A DNA stretch of 14,707 nucleotides, from positions 1 through 14,707 of the forward strand of contig CAYWGS010000032.1 of the NCBI GenBank assembly GCA_964457525.1, in the 5' to 3' direction. The DNA comes from an uncultured Erysipelotrichaceae bacterium. Lineage in GTDB: Bacteria; Bacillota_I; Bacilli_A; Erysipelotrichales; Erysipelotrichaceae. This document shows, in pieces, positions 1 to 9,224 of the stretch (within the stretch, counting starts at the first letter, position 1; every line of letters starts with the position of its first letter). The notes below the pieces were generated by a model. It saw only the letters and a program-made list of their open reading frames with translations. It was not told where the DNA came from and did no database searches. A program made the translations under genes and the position numbers.

Positions 1-369
1 GCTTATATCAACTTCAAAGTCTTTCGCAAACTGATACGATAAGTCCCATTCGTCAGAAGAGGATATATTTAATGGAGGAAAATAGATAATTGCTAATCGT
101 TCTTGATTCGCAACTAATATTTCACCATTACGATCTTTAATCTCACCTCTTGGTGATGGAATATATTGATATGTTTTCGTAAAATTTAATAACTTAGCTG
201 TATATTCATCATTTCGAACAATCTGTACTAAAAACAGGTTAATCCATATCAAAAGAAAAAGAGCCAAAATAATAATAGTGAGTAAATTAAGTCTTGGTTT
301 AAATTTCTTTATATAATCTTCCGTTTTATGCTTAACACGGAAATTTTGTGCGTGTGTTGTCTTTTTCAT
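1..369 (-). CDS. Class B penicillin-binding protein (PBP2/PbpA-type transpeptidase), N-terminal 123 aa only. The 3' end lies outside the window.
   Basis: Not in the ORF track because it is truncated by the window edge. My reverse-strand translation from the ATG at 369..367 is MKKTTHAQNFRVKHKTEDYIKKFKPRLNLLTIIILALFLLIWINLFLVQIVRNDEYTAKLLNFTKTYQYIPSPRGEIKDRNGEILVANQERLAIIYFPP... The frame is open to position 1. It shows a basic cytoplasmic tail, one TM helix, then the RGxIxDRNGxxLAxN motif typical of the PBP dimerisation domain. An alternative in-frame ATG sits at 375..373. Confidence 0.75.
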   Translation of the reverse strand, partial: MKKTTHAQNFRVKHKTEDYIKKFKPRLNLLTIIILALFLLIWINLFLVQIVRNDEYTAKLLNFTKTYQYIPSPRGEIKDRNGEILVANQERLAIIYFPPLNISSSDEWDLSYQFAKDFEVDIS

Positions 370-387
370 GAACATTTGTATTATAAT
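357..387 (+). promoter_or_regulatory. Putative sigma-A promoter for ispG (TTGTCT, 16 nt spacer, TATTAT, overlapping a TATAAT at 382..387)
   Basis: TTGTCT at 357..362 and TATTAT/TATAAT at 379..387. These lie 47-55 nt upstream of the ispG ATG, which has a strong AAGGAG Shine-Dalgarno at 425..430. AT-rich context, so false positives are easy. Confidence 0.35.
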
Positions 388-433
388 GCATTTAGGTTTA
401 AATTAACATAGATTAAACTCAGTAAAGGAGCTT

Positions 434-1501
434 ATGAAAAGAATAGATACTCGACCAGTGATGGTAAAAAACGTTCAGATCGGTGGACAGAATAAAATTG
501 TTATTCAATCGATGACCAATACTAAAACGAAGGATGTTGAAGCTACCGTTATGCAGATTAAAACTTTAGCAGGTAACGGATGCGAAGTCGTTCGTGTTGC
601 AGTTCTTGATGAAGAAGATGCTATGGCAATTAAAGAAATCATTCAACAGGTGAATATACCGGTTGTGGCTGATATACATTTTAACTATAAATTAGCTTTA
701 ATTGCGATAGAAAATGGAATACATAAGATTAGAATTAATCCAGGAAACATTAAAAATCCTGACCATATAAAATTAGTCGTGGAAGCGGCTAAACAAAAGA
801 AAATTCCAATTCGTATTGGGATCAACTCAGGTTCTATTGAAAAGAATATTCTAGCGAAATACGGTAAACCATGTGTTGATGCAATGATTGAAAGTGCTAC
901 ATATCATGTAAATCTATTAAAAGAAAATGGATTCGAGGATATTGTTTTATCCTTTAAATCATCTGAAGTACCTCTTACAATTGCTGTCTATCAAAAAGCT
1001 GCAGAAATATTCCCATACCCACTACACTTAGGTGTAACAGAAGCTGGTGCCTTATTATCCGCCGCAATTAAATCGTCTGCTGCTCTTGGAACACTCATTC
1101 ATTTAGGATTAGGTGATACAATGCGTATCTCAGTCAGTGATGATCCAAGTGAAGAACTCAAAGTCGCAAAACAATTATTAAAGAACTTTGATTTATACGA
1201 TAAAGTAGCGAATTTAATCGCTTGTCCTACTTGTGGTCGAATACAATATGATATGTTACCGATTGTAAAAGAAATGGAAGCATATCTTGATGCCTTAAAT
1301 GAAGACATTACGGTTGCGATTATGGGTTGTGCAGTTAATGGGCCTCAAGAAGCATCTCGAGCTGATATCGGAGTTGCAGGTGGACATAAAGAAGCCTTAC
1401 TTTTTAAGAAAGGTGTTTATGTAAGATCTGTTCCACAAGAAAAGATTGTAGAAGAATTAAAAGCAGAAATTCAAGTTATGATAAAAAACAAGAGTCATTA
1501 A
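434..1501 (+). CDS. ispG: 4-hydroxy-3-methylbut-2-en-1-yl diphosphate synthase (IspG/GcpE), MEP pathway
   Basis: 355 aa. N-terminal VQIGGQNKIVIQSMTNTKT, and the [4Fe-4S] ligand motifs CPTCGR and GCAVNGPQEA. AAGGAG Shine-Dalgarno 3 nt upstream of the ATG. Confidence 0.95.
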   Translation: MKRIDTRPVMVKNVQIGGQNKIVIQSMTNTKTKDVEATVMQIKTLAGNGCEVVRVAVLDEEDAMAIKEIIQQVNIPVVADIHFNYKLALIAIENGIHKIRINPGNIKNPDHIKLVVEAAKQKKIPIRIGINSGSIEKNILAKYGKPCVDAMIESATYHVNLLKENGFEDIVLSFKSSEVPLTIAVYQKAAEIFPYPLHLGVTEAGALLSAAIKSSAALGTLIHLGLGDTMRISVSDDPSEELKVAKQLLKNFDLYDKVANLIACPTCGRIQYDMLPIVKEMEAYLDALNEDITVAIMGCAVNGPQEASRADIGVAGGHKEALLFKKGVYVRSVPQEKIVEELKAEIQVMIKNKSH

Positions 1502-1520
1502 TCCTCTTGTTTTCTTTTTT
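1485..1520. terminator. Putative bidirectional intrinsic terminator shared by convergent ispG and cshB
   Basis: AAAACAAGAG (1485..1494) pairs with CTCTTGTTTT (1504..1513) around a 9-nt loop that contains both stop codons. It is followed by CTTTTTT on the plus strand, and the A-run on the left gives a T-run on the minus strand. Only 3 G:C pairs, so the stem is weak. Confidence 0.4.
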
Positions 1521-2847
1521 CGATTTGTTTTAGTTTTGATTTAATCTTTTGTTGTTCCTTGATACTTTTTTGAATCATTTCACGTTTTTTCTTACGTTTT
1601 AGTTGTTCAATCTCAGAATTAATCTTTTTCTTGTATCCAGGTTTTACAGTCTTTGGTTTATTCTTAATAATTTTCGCAATTTCTAAATCAAGTTCAGAAG
1701 CTTTATGTTTATGAACATAATCGACTGGTTTTAAATCTCTCAATCCAGTTTTATTAAGCGCCTTATGATTAAACTTAATACCATTCTTAATTAGTTGTTT
1801 AACTTTATCAATATCCTTCTCATAATAGAATGCAAACATTCTACCTGATTTCCCAGCACGTCCTGTGCGTCCAGCTCGATGCGTATAGAAGCTTAAATCA
1901 TTTGGAATACCTAAAGATATAACATCCGTTAATTGTTCTAAATCAAGCCCACGTGCAGCGACATCCGTTGAAATGATATATGTAAACTGACCATCTTGAA
2001 TTTGGCGTAAGACTTGATTGCGTTCTCTCGCACTCATTTTTCCATGAATAACTAAGTGACGAATACCCTCTTCATCAAATTTAACACTTAATGAGTCAAT
2101 TTGCTTTTGATTGTTCACGAAGATTAAACATAATGCAGGATTAATGTGTGGTAAGAGTTGTAAAACTTTAAACTCATTATCACTCTTAAATGGAATTAAA
2201 ATATGTTCGATATTCGGATCAAATTTAATATCCTCATCGATCTTAATAAGTTTTGGTTGGTGCATATACGAACGCATAAACGCATTCATATTCTCAGGAA
2301 TCGTTGCACTAAAAACAAGCATTTGTAAGTGTTTAGACATTCTACCTGATAAAGCATCAATCTCTTCAAGATTCCTTGTATCAAGCATCATATCCGCTTC
2401 ATCAATAACGAGTATATGCGCTAAATCCAAACGTAATACAGATTCATCAATAAACAAAGATGTTAATTTACCAACGGTACCAATTACGATATGTGGTTGA
2501 TTCTCATCCCCTTTTTCGAACTTCTTACGATCTTCGCCTTTTGTAACTCTAAGAATTCTAATATCTGGAAAGTACTTTTGAAGTTCTCTCGCAACATTAT
2601 AGATTTGTTGAGATAATTCTTGGGTTGGTGATAAAATAACTGCTTGAATTCGACCTTCTTCTGGTTGAATTGCTTTAAACAATGGCATTAAATATGCCAA
2701 TGTTTTACCTGTTCCTGTTTTTGATATTGCGATTAAATCTTTACCCTTAAGAATTGTCCCAAAAGCTTGTTTTTGAATTTCAGTTTCATGTTCAAATTTC
2801 TTATCTGTTAAAAATTGATTTAAACGTATATCTTGTCTTATTATCAT
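1498..2847 (-). CDS. cshB: DEAD-box ATP-dependent RNA helicase, CshB (YqfR)-like
   Basis: 449 aa. Motif I SKTGTGKT, motif II VIDEAD, motif III SAT, motif VI HRAGRTGRAG. Lys-rich C-terminal tail with KPGYKKK, as I recall for B. subtilis CshB. Same neighbourhood as yqfR in B. subtilis. GAGGT Shine-Dalgarno 6 nt upstream of the ATG. Confidence 0.85.
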   Translation of the reverse strand: MIIRQDIRLNQFLTDKKFEHETEIQKQAFGTILKGKDLIAISKTGTGKTLAYLMPLFKAIQPEEGRIQAVILSPTQELSQQIYNVARELQKYFPDIRILRVTKGEDRKKFEKGDENQPHIVIGTVGKLTSLFIDESVLRLDLAHILVIDEADMMLDTRNLEEIDALSGRMSKHLQMLVFSATIPENMNAFMRSYMHQPKLIKIDEDIKFDPNIEHILIPFKSDNEFKVLQLLPHINPALCLIFVNNQKQIDSLSVKFDEEGIRHLVIHGKMSARERNQVLRQIQDGQFTYIISTDVAARGLDLEQLTDVISLGIPNDLSFYTHRAGRTGRAGKSGRMFAFYYEKDIDKVKQLIKNGIKFNHKALNKTGLRDLKPVDYVHKHKASELDLEIAKIIKNKPKTVKPGYKKKINSEIEQLKRKKKREMIQKSIKEQQKIKSKLKQIEKRKQED

Positions 2848-2864
2848 AGTAATACCTCGTACAC

Positions 2865-2870
2865 ATTATA
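2865..2870 (-). promoter_or_regulatory. Candidate -10 box (TATAAT) for cshB
   Basis: Plus-strand ATTATA at 2865..2870 reads TATAAT on the minus strand, 17 nt upstream of the cshB ATG. No convincing -35 (TTTTAT at a 17-nt spacing). The predicted TSS would fall at the Shine-Dalgarno. Confidence 0.3.
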
Positions 2871-2896
2871 GTGTTTTCAATGAAAATATAAAAGTA

Positions 2897-2908
2897 TGCT
2901 ATTATAGT
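2897..2908 (+). promoter_or_regulatory. Candidate extended -10 (TGCTATTAT / TATAGT) for ispH
   Basis: TGCTATTAT at 2897..2905 fits the TGnTAnnAT pattern. A weak TTCAAT lies about 18 nt upstream. The GAGGTG Shine-Dalgarno at 2913..2918 precedes the ATG at 2923. Confidence 0.35.
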
Positions 2909-2922
2909 AAATGAGGTGAAAA

Positions 2923-3837
2923 ATGGAAATTATAACAGTAAACCCTCGTGGTTTTTGTAAAGGTGTTGTTAAAGCAATAATGATTGCTAAGGAAACGGCT
3001 AAACAATACCCTGATCAGAAGATTACAATTCTTGGTGAATTGGTACATAATCGATATGTCGTTAATGCTTTGAAAGATTATCGTGTAGACACTATTGAAT
3101 CTAAGGGTCAAACTCGATTTGATTTACTAGATCAAGTAAATGAAGGTGTAGTCATATTCTCTGCTCATGGTATAAGCGCTAATGTTATCGAAAAAGCTAA
3201 ACAGAAAGGCCTTATAACAGTAGATGCTAGTTGTGAAGATGTCATTTCCACTCAGAATTTGATTCAGACATACTTGAACCAAGATTATACTATACTCTAT
3301 ATTGGTCAAGAAAACCACCCAGAAGCGGAAGCTATTTGTGATATTGACCGAGAAAGAGTCATTTTTATTAAGGATTTCAATGCGATTAATGCATTAAACG
3401 TCCAAGCTGAACGAATTTTTGTCACAAATCAAACAACGATGAGCATTCTTGAAATAAAAGATATGCTTGATGCGATTAAACAAAAATATCCTCAAGCGAT
3501 TATAAGCGATGAAATCTGCAATGCAACTCGTACTCGTCAAGAAGCAATTTTAAAACTTGAAGATATTGATTGTCTTATCGTTATTGGAGATCCACAATCG
3601 AATAACACTAAAATGTTAGCACGTATTGGATCAAACAAAGGAATCAAATACGTTTATCAAATTGAAAATGTAACGGCCTTGTATGATAAGAACATTGGTC
3701 AGTACAATAGAGTAGCGATTACAGCTGGTGCTTCTACCCCTTCCTATTTAGTAAATCAAGTAATTGCTTATTGCAATGCATTACGTGATAATCTTGATCC
3801 GATGGAAGCTGTAAACTCTGTTAAAATCTTCTTATAA
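2923..3837 (+). CDS. ispH: 4-hydroxy-3-methylbut-2-enyl diphosphate reductase (IspH/LytB), MEP pathway
   Basis: 304 aa. Motifs GFCKGV, HNRYVV, SAHG, DASCEDV, NQTT, ICNATRTRQ, PQSNNT and AGASTP match IspH cluster-ligand and substrate-binding motifs. Confidence 0.95.
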   Translation: MEIITVNPRGFCKGVVKAIMIAKETAKQYPDQKITILGELVHNRYVVNALKDYRVDTIESKGQTRFDLLDQVNEGVVIFSAHGISANVIEKAKQKGLITVDASCEDVISTQNLIQTYLNQDYTILYIGQENHPEAEAICDIDRERVIFIKDFNAINALNVQAERIFVTNQTTMSILEIKDMLDAIKQKYPQAIISDEICNATRTRQEAILKLEDIDCLIVIGDPQSNNTKMLARIGSNKGIKYVYQIENVTALYDKNIGQYNRVAITAGASTPSYLVNQVIAYCNALRDNLDPMEAVNSVKIFL

Positions 3838-4479
3838 TCCTAGTAATTTATTGATCATTAGAATCTTCTCAGAAGATTCTTTTTTTTGAGCAACAAGTAT
3901 CTTTTCTTCAATTCCTTTTTGAAATAGTAAGTAATCCTTAAATATGTCTGTATTCTTTTGAATTAAAATTGGTCCAAATAGTATTTCAGATTTATTTAAT
4001 AATTGCTTGTTTTGATCATATTTAACTTTTATAACAGGATAAAAATACTTACGATCTTTTACAATTGATTCATCAATGATTGAAAAATGATTATCATTAA
4101 GAAATTGTCTTAATTGATCATTTTTAGTATTAGATTGAATTAGAATTTGTGAGATAGATTTAAATTGTTCAATATCTTGTAAAATAATATGTTCAATGGT
4201 CTCATATCCCATTCCAGCAATGACTACCGCATCTAATTTCTGATTGTTTTGTTTTAATCCATCTGATAATAAATAGCTTACACTTAAATCAGCATAATCT
4301 CTAAAATTCTTTTTAGCTTGTTCAAGAGGCCCTTGATTAATTTCACCTATAATAGCATGCTTAATTTTTTTGTTTAAAAGTAAATATAAAGGTAAAAAGC
4401 CATGATCGCTTCCTACATCCATTAGGACTTCACATGGCTCAATTAATTCTGTAATAGCTTTAAGTCTCTTATTCAACAT
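3832..4479 (-). CDS. trmK: tRNA (adenine22-N1)-methyltransferase TrmK (YqfN family)
   Basis: 215 aa. SAM-binding DVGSDHGFLPLYL motif. Position directly downstream of sigA, as in B. subtilis. The start overlaps the sigA stop (TAATG). Confidence 0.88.
   Translation of the reverse strand: MLNKRLKAITELIEPCEVLMDVGSDHGFLPLYLLLNKKIKHAIIGEINQGPLEQAKKNFRDYADLSVSYLLSDGLKQNNQKLDAVVIAGMGYETIEHIILQDIEQFKSISQILIQSNTKNDQLRQFLNDNHFSIIDESIVKDRKYFYPVIKVKYDQNKQLLNKSEILFGPILIQKNTDIFKDYLLFQKGIEEKILVAQKKESSEKILMINKLLGL
3861..3887 (+). terminator. Rho-independent terminator of ispH, embedded in the 3' coding region of convergent trmK
   Basis: GAATCTTCT (3861..3869) and AGAAGATTC (3871..3879) are perfect reverse complements. 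They are followed immediately by T8 (3880..3887), 24 nt after the ispH stop. On the minus strand the same bases encode TrmK residues QKKESSEKIL. Confidence 0.65.
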
Positions 4480-6098
4480 TATAATTTATCGTTGAAATCC
4501 TTTAATCGTTTAGAACGAGTTGGGTGTTTCAATTTACGTAATGCTTTAGCTTCAATTTGACGAATACGTTCACGTGTAACATCAAATTCCTTACCTACTT
4601 CTTCAAGTGTACGCGTTCTACCATCGTATAATCCAAAACGCAAACGTAATACTTTTTCTTCACGTTCAGTTAAACCTTGAAGAATATTATTAATTTCATC
4701 TTTTAGTAATTGATTATTCGCATATTCATCTGGAGACATTGCATCTTTATCTTCAATAAAGTCTCCTAAATGAGAATCATCTTCTTCACCAATTGGAGTC
4801 TCTAATGAAACAGGTTCTAATGCAATCTTTTGAATTTCACGAACCTTATCTGGTGTAATATTCTCCATCTTCTCTGCTATTTCTTCAGCACTTGGATCAC
4901 GACCTAAATCTTGAACAAGTTGTCTTTGAATACGAGTTAATTTATTAATCGTTTCAACCATATGTACTGGAATACGAATTGTTCGTGCTTGGTCTGCAAT
5001 TGCACGAGTAATCGCTTGTCTAATCCACCAAGTTGCATAAGTAGAGAATTTAAATCCTTTAGTATGGTCGAATTTTTCAACAGCTTTAACTAAACCCATG
5101 TTCCCTTCTTGGATTAAGTCCAAGAATAACATTCCACGACCAACATATTTCTTCGCAATCGAAACAACTAAACGTAAGTTAGCTGAAATAAGCTCTTGTT
5201 TAGCAAAATCTCCTGCATCTATAACCTTAAGATCAGCTTCAATTGTCGATTGAACATTTTCAAATTCATTTGCGAAGTTGAATAAGAAGTTCTTAAACGC
5301 ATAAACACGATGCGGTTCAGTATCTGGTTTAAAGTCATGAATAAGATTTGCTAATAATGGAAAATGTGGATTAAGTAGTTTAAAAATCTGAACGGGTGTC
5401 ATATTGGCTTCAATACGATCAAAACCATCAAATTGATTTAAACTCTTCAACTCTTGTTTCAATGTTTCAATACGATACATAAACGTTTTTAAACGATTGG
5501 TAATTGCAAAAAGAGTTATATCAAATACACTTGAATCTATTTCTTTAAACGATTCATATAAATCAAAATCAACCATAAATAATGTATTGGCTTTGACAAA
5601 AGAATCCGATTCAATAGAATCATAACTTAACCAAGAATATAATATTTTCTTTAAACGGTTATAAACTTCAACACCATCACGAATTTCAATCGCATATTTT
5701 GTCTCTAATTCTGAGTTAAGTAATTCCACACGACCAATTTCTTTTAAATACTGTTTAACTGGATCGTTGACTCTTGCCTGATTGGATGAAGCATAGTTAA
5801 TGTTATAACTATCATCATTTGTTTCCTCATCTTCATCTAAATAATCTTCTTTTAATTCGATATCTTCTACAACAAGAGGATTATCATTTAAGTCAACATC
5901 ATCTTCAATTAGAACTTCATCGCTGAGTTTAACACCCATGGATAAAAGAGATTCAATGAATTCTGTTCCTTCTTCATCATTTAGATCATAAATCGATAGT
6001 TCTTTATCGACATCATCCTGGGTTAATACCCCTTTTTTCTTATATTTATTGTGTAACTCTTTCTTAAGTTCATCAAGTGTTTTGATACTATTTGCCAT
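4479..6098 (-). CDS. sigA: Primary RNA polymerase sigma factor SigA/RpoD, unusually long at 539 aa
   Basis: Region 1.2 [17 protein letters not shown]. Region 2 [39 protein letters not shown] and [27 protein letters not shown]. Region 4.2 [29 protein letters not shown]. Acidic region 1.1. Confidence 0.97.
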   Translation of the reverse strand: MANSIKTLDELKKELHNKYKKKGVLTQDDVDKELSIYDLNDEEGTEFIESLLSMGVKLSDEVLIEDDVDLNDNPLVVEDIELKEDYLDEDEETNDDSYNINYASSNQARVNDPVKQYLKEIGRVELLNSELETKYAIEIRDGVEVYNRLKKILYSWLSYDSIESDSFVKANTLFMVDFDLYESFKEIDSSVFDITLFAITNRLKTFMYRIETLKQELKSLNQFDGFDRIEANMTPVQIFKLLNPHFPLLANLIHDFKPDTEPHRVYAFKNFLFNFANEFENVQSTIEADLKVIDAGDFAKQELISANLRLVVSIAKKYVGRGMLFLDLIQEGNMGLVKAVEKFDHTKGFKFSTYATWWIRQAITRAIADQARTIRIPVHMVETINKLTRIQRQLVQDLGRDPSAEEIAEKMENITPDKVREIQKIALEPVSLETPIGEEDDSHLGDFIEDKDAMSPDEYANNQLLKDEINNILQGLTEREEKVLRLRFGLYDGRTRTLEEVGKEFDVTRERIRQIEAKALRKLKHPTRSKRLKDFNDKL

Positions 6099-7851
6099 GA
6101 TTATGAACCCCTTTCTTTTGGATTAAATCTTTACGCGTTTCCTTAAGTACTTGATATTCATTCCATAAATGTGAATTTGGATTGAGTGATAATTCATCTC
6201 GGTACTTCGATGTAAATTCAGCGATTTGAATATCTAGGTTACTTATTTTAACTTCTAGGATGGCGTCTTGTAAAGCTTCTTTTGAATAAATATTAAAGTA
6301 AATATCACTATCTACTATCTGCGTTACTAATTCTATCATATTCGTATCATCAATTGTACTGATGAAATCAGCAATAACAAGTTCATCATGATTACGATAA
6401 TAGTTGATAATTGTTAAAGCTAAGCGTTGATAATCTTCATTAATGAAATAGCCGAGTTCAAGTTTAAAATCTTGAGTTGCTTGTTGGCTCAAAAGCATTT
6501 GCCCGATTATTTCTTTCTCAGCCCATTTCTTGATATCTGATTTTTTTGATTTAACTGGTTTTACAGTCACAACTTGATTTGGTTTATCTTGAAGTAGTAA
6601 TAATTGATCACGAGTAAATTGAGTACTTTGACTTAATTTCTCAAGCATGAGTTCACGATCAAATTTATCTTTTAGATTACTTAATTCACTTAGAATAATC
6701 TTTGCGAATTCTTTCTTTTGATTATAATTATCCAAGTCTAACCGTGTAATACTATAATTGTAGAAAAAATCAAGATAAGATGATTTCTGTGTCATTAATT
6801 TGACAAGTGATTCACTCGATTTTTGTTCAATAATTTCATCTAAATCCAATCCTGTTGTGTTTTGGATGATCGATACATTTAGTTTATGTGCGATTAATAA
6901 TCGTGCTAATTTTAGGGTTGCAGTTTGTCCAGCAGCATCAGAATCATAGCAAATGACAACATTATTACTTGCATTTTGAATCAGTGAAATTTGTTCTTTA
7001 GTACAAGCAGTTCCTAATGTCGCAACCGCATTTTCAATGTTAACTCGATCAAGTGCAATAACATCCATTACACCTTCTACTATGATGATTTCTTTTAATT
7101 GTTTTATTGGTTTTATTGCTCGATGGTAATTAAATAATAGATTACCCTTTGTATATAGTGGTGTTTCGGTAGAGTTGATGTATTTACTTGATTCATTTGG
7201 GTTCATCGTTCTCGCAGTAAACGCAACAACTTGACCTTGAGGATTATGAATTGGAAATACAATTCTTTGATTAAATACATCCTTTGAACCAAATTCATTA
7301 ATCCTAGTTATATTTGTTTTAACACAAGATTCAATATCAAAACCTTTTGCAATTAAAAATTTTGTACTTTGATCATTGTTTAGATTGTATCCTATTTCAA
7401 ACTTTTGAATGATATTATCATCCAATCCTCTTTTATAGAGATACTTTTTAGCATCCTGTGCATCTTCAGTATTTAGAATATATCGCGTATATTTAACATA
7501 CTCATTTAATACATCATACAAAATCTTTAATTTAGGATCGATTTGATTTTGTTTAACAAAGTACTTTTCATCTAAAGGATACGAGATATAATTTGCGACT
7601 TTTATGATTGCTTCATTAAATTGAATCTTCTCATAATCTTTCACAAAATTAAAAACATTTCCACCCGCTCCACAAACAAAACACTTAAATATTTGCTTAT
7701 CTTGCGAAATTGACATTGAAGGATCATGGTCATCATGAAAAGGACAAACTGCTACATAATTCTTGCCCTTTTTAATTAATGGCAAATAATGTTGAATAAT
7801 CTCAACAATATCTGCCTTAGCTCTTATGTCTTGAATCAGAGATTCGTTCAT
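6088..7851 (-). CDS. dnaG: DNA primase DnaG
   Basis: 587 aa. Zinc ribbon [36 protein letters not shown] motifs [12 protein letters not shown] and [11 protein letters not shown]. 11-nt overlap with the sigA start. Confidence 0.96.
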   Translation of the reverse strand: MNESLIQDIRAKADIVEIIQHYLPLIKKGKNYVAVCPFHDDHDPSMSISQDKQIFKCFVCGAGGNVFNFVKDYEKIQFNEAIIKVANYISYPLDEKYFVKQNQIDPKLKILYDVLNEYVKYTRYILNTEDAQDAKKYLYKRGLDDNIIQKFEIGYNLNNDQSTKFLIAKGFDIESCVKTNITRINEFGSKDVFNQRIVFPIHNPQGQVVAFTARTMNPNESSKYINSTETPLYTKGNLLFNYHRAIKPIKQLKEIIIVEGVMDVIALDRVNIENAVATLGTACTKEQISLIQNASNNVVICYDSDAAGQTATLKLARLLIAHKLNVSIIQNTTGLDLDEIIEQKSSESLVKLMTQKSSYLDFFYNYSITRLDLDNYNQKKEFAKIILSELSNLKDKFDRELMLEKLSQSTQFTRDQLLLLQDKPNQVVTVKPVKSKKSDIKKWAEKEIIGQMLLSQQATQDFKLELGYFINEDYQRLALTIINYYRNHDELVIADFISTIDDTNMIELVTQIVDSDIYFNIYSKEALQDAILEVKISNLDIQIAEFTSKYRDELSLNPNSHLWNEYQVLKETRKDLIQKKGVHNHGK

Positions 7852-7853
7852 AC

Positions 7854-9224
7854 TTAAAATGTTAGGTGTTTTGATATATAGTCCTTTAAATCAGAAATTA
7901 GAACACGTTCTTGTTCCATTGTATCGCGATGACGAACTGTAACTTTTTGATCATTCTCAGTATCAAAGTCTACAGTAATACAGAATGGTGTCCCAATCGC
8001 ATCTTGACGACGATAGCGTTTACCAATACTTCCCGCTTCATCGTATTCAATCATAAATGATTTCGATAAATCCGCAAAAATAGCTTCTGCCTTTTCGGAT
8101 AATTGCTTGCTTAATGGCATAATACATGCTTTATATGGCGCAAGATATGGATGAAGATGCATAACAATACGTGTATCCTTTTCCAATTCCTGTTCCTCAT
8201 AACTGTCAGTTAGGAATGTTAAGAATAATCGCTCAACCCCAACTGCTGGTTCAACACAATATGGAATATACTTTTCGTTTGTTGTTGGATCTAAGTACTC
8301 CATACTTACACCGGAATGAATTTGGTGTTGCTTAAGGTCGAAATCAGTACGATCCGCAATACCCCAAATTTCATCAAAACCCCATGGAAATTTGTATTCA
8401 ACATCTGCTGTCCCTTTAGAATAGTGAGAGAGTTCTTCTAATTCATGTTCACGCATACGAAGATTTTCTGCTTTTACATTTAAACTCGTTAACCAGTTCA
8501 TGCAGAATTCTTTCCAATAGGCATACCATTTTAAATCTTCCCCTGGTTGGCAGAAGAATTCCATTTCCATTTGTTCAAATTCACGTGTTCTAAAAATAAA
8601 GTTTCCTGGTGTTATTTCATTTCTAAATGACTTCCCAATTTGTCCAATTCCAAAAGGTACTTTCTTACGGCTTGTACGTTGTACATTCTTGAAATTAACA
8701 AACATACCTTGAGCTGTTTCTGGTCTTAAATATATCGCATTTGTTGAATCTTCCACAACGCCTTGGAATGTTTTAAACATTAAATTGAACTGACGAATAT
8801 CCGTAAAATCATGTGCACCACAATTTGGACAAGCAATGTTATGTTCCTTAATATAGTTTTGCATCTCTTCATTCTTCATCGTTGAAGCATTAACAGAACC
8901 TTTAGATACTTCATCAATTAACTTATCAGCACGATGACGTGTTTTACATTTCTTACAATCCATAAGCGGATCAGAAAATGTAGCTAAATGTCCACTTGCT
9001 TTCCAAACTTTTGGGTTCATTAAAATTGCTGATTGAATTTCAACATTATATGGACTTTCTTGAATGAATTTTAAACGCCAAGCGTTTTTAATATTCTCTT
9101 TTAATAAGACTCCTAAAGGACCAAAATCCCAAGTATTAGCTAAACCACCGTATATTTCAGATCCTTGAAAGACAAAACCACTATTTTTTGCATGATTTAC
9201 AATTGTTTCAAATTTAATATCCAT
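7854..9224 (-). CDS. glyQS: Glycine--tRNA ligase, single-chain alpha2 type
   Basis: 456 aa. [12 protein letters not shown], class II motif 2 [25 protein letters not shown], motif 3 [15 protein letters not shown] Shine-Dalgarno in the 16-nt gap after recO. Confidence 0.96.
   Translation of the reverse strand: MDIKFETIVNHAKNSGFVFQGSEIYGGLANTWDFGPLGVLLKENIKNAWRLKFIQESPYNVEIQSAILMNPKVWKASGHLATFSDPLMDCKKCKTRHRADKLIDEVSKGSVNASTMKNEEMQNYIKEHNIACPNCGAHDFTDIRQFNLMFKTFQGVVEDSTNAIYLRPETAQGMFVNFKNVQRTSRKKVPFGIGQIGKSFRNEITPGNFIFRTREFEQMEMEFFCQPGEDLKWYAYWKEFCMNWLTSLNVKAENLRMREHELEELSHYSKGTADVEYKFPWGFDEIWGIADRTDFDLKQHQIHSGVSMEYLDPTTNEKYIPYCVEPAVGVERLFLTFLTDSYEEQELEKDTRIVMHLHPYLAPYKACIMPLSKQLSEKAEAIFADLSKSFMIEYDEAGSIGKRYRRQDAIGTPFCITVDFDTENDQKVTVRHRDTMEQERVLISDLKDYISKHLTF

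Noticed and set aside
1099-1308. 69-aa ORF antisense to ispG
   Set aside because: It lies entirely inside the well-supported ispG coding region on the opposite strand. The sequence is Ser/Phe/Ile-rich and low in complexity. It has no Shine-Dalgarno and no recognisable motif, so it is a shadow ORF typical of AT-rich DNA.
2111-2500. 129-aa ORF antisense to cshB
   Set aside because: It is fully nested opposite the conserved helicase core. Its composition is Ser/Ile/Cys-rich, with no start context and no motif.
2902-3111. 69-aa ORF antisense to the ispH 5' end
   Set aside because: It overlaps the ispH promoter, Shine-Dalgarno and N-terminal catalytic region on the opposite strand. No motif or translation signals support it.
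3127-3318. 63-aa ORF antisense to ispH
   Set aside because: It is nested opposite conserved IspH sequence with no supporting signals.
3880-3887. A8/T8 homopolymer inside trmK as a slipped-strand phase-variation tract
   Set aside because: It is better explained as the U-tract of the ispH terminator. It lies 18 codons from the trmK C-terminus, so a frameshift there would barely alter the protein.
5208-5675. Intein or mobile insertion as the explanation for the extra SigA segment
   Set aside because: There are no intein splice-junction residues, meaning no Cys/Ser/Thr at the start, no His-Asn at the end, and no endonuclease motifs. Composition and codon style match the flanking gene. The site coincides with the known sigma NCR position.
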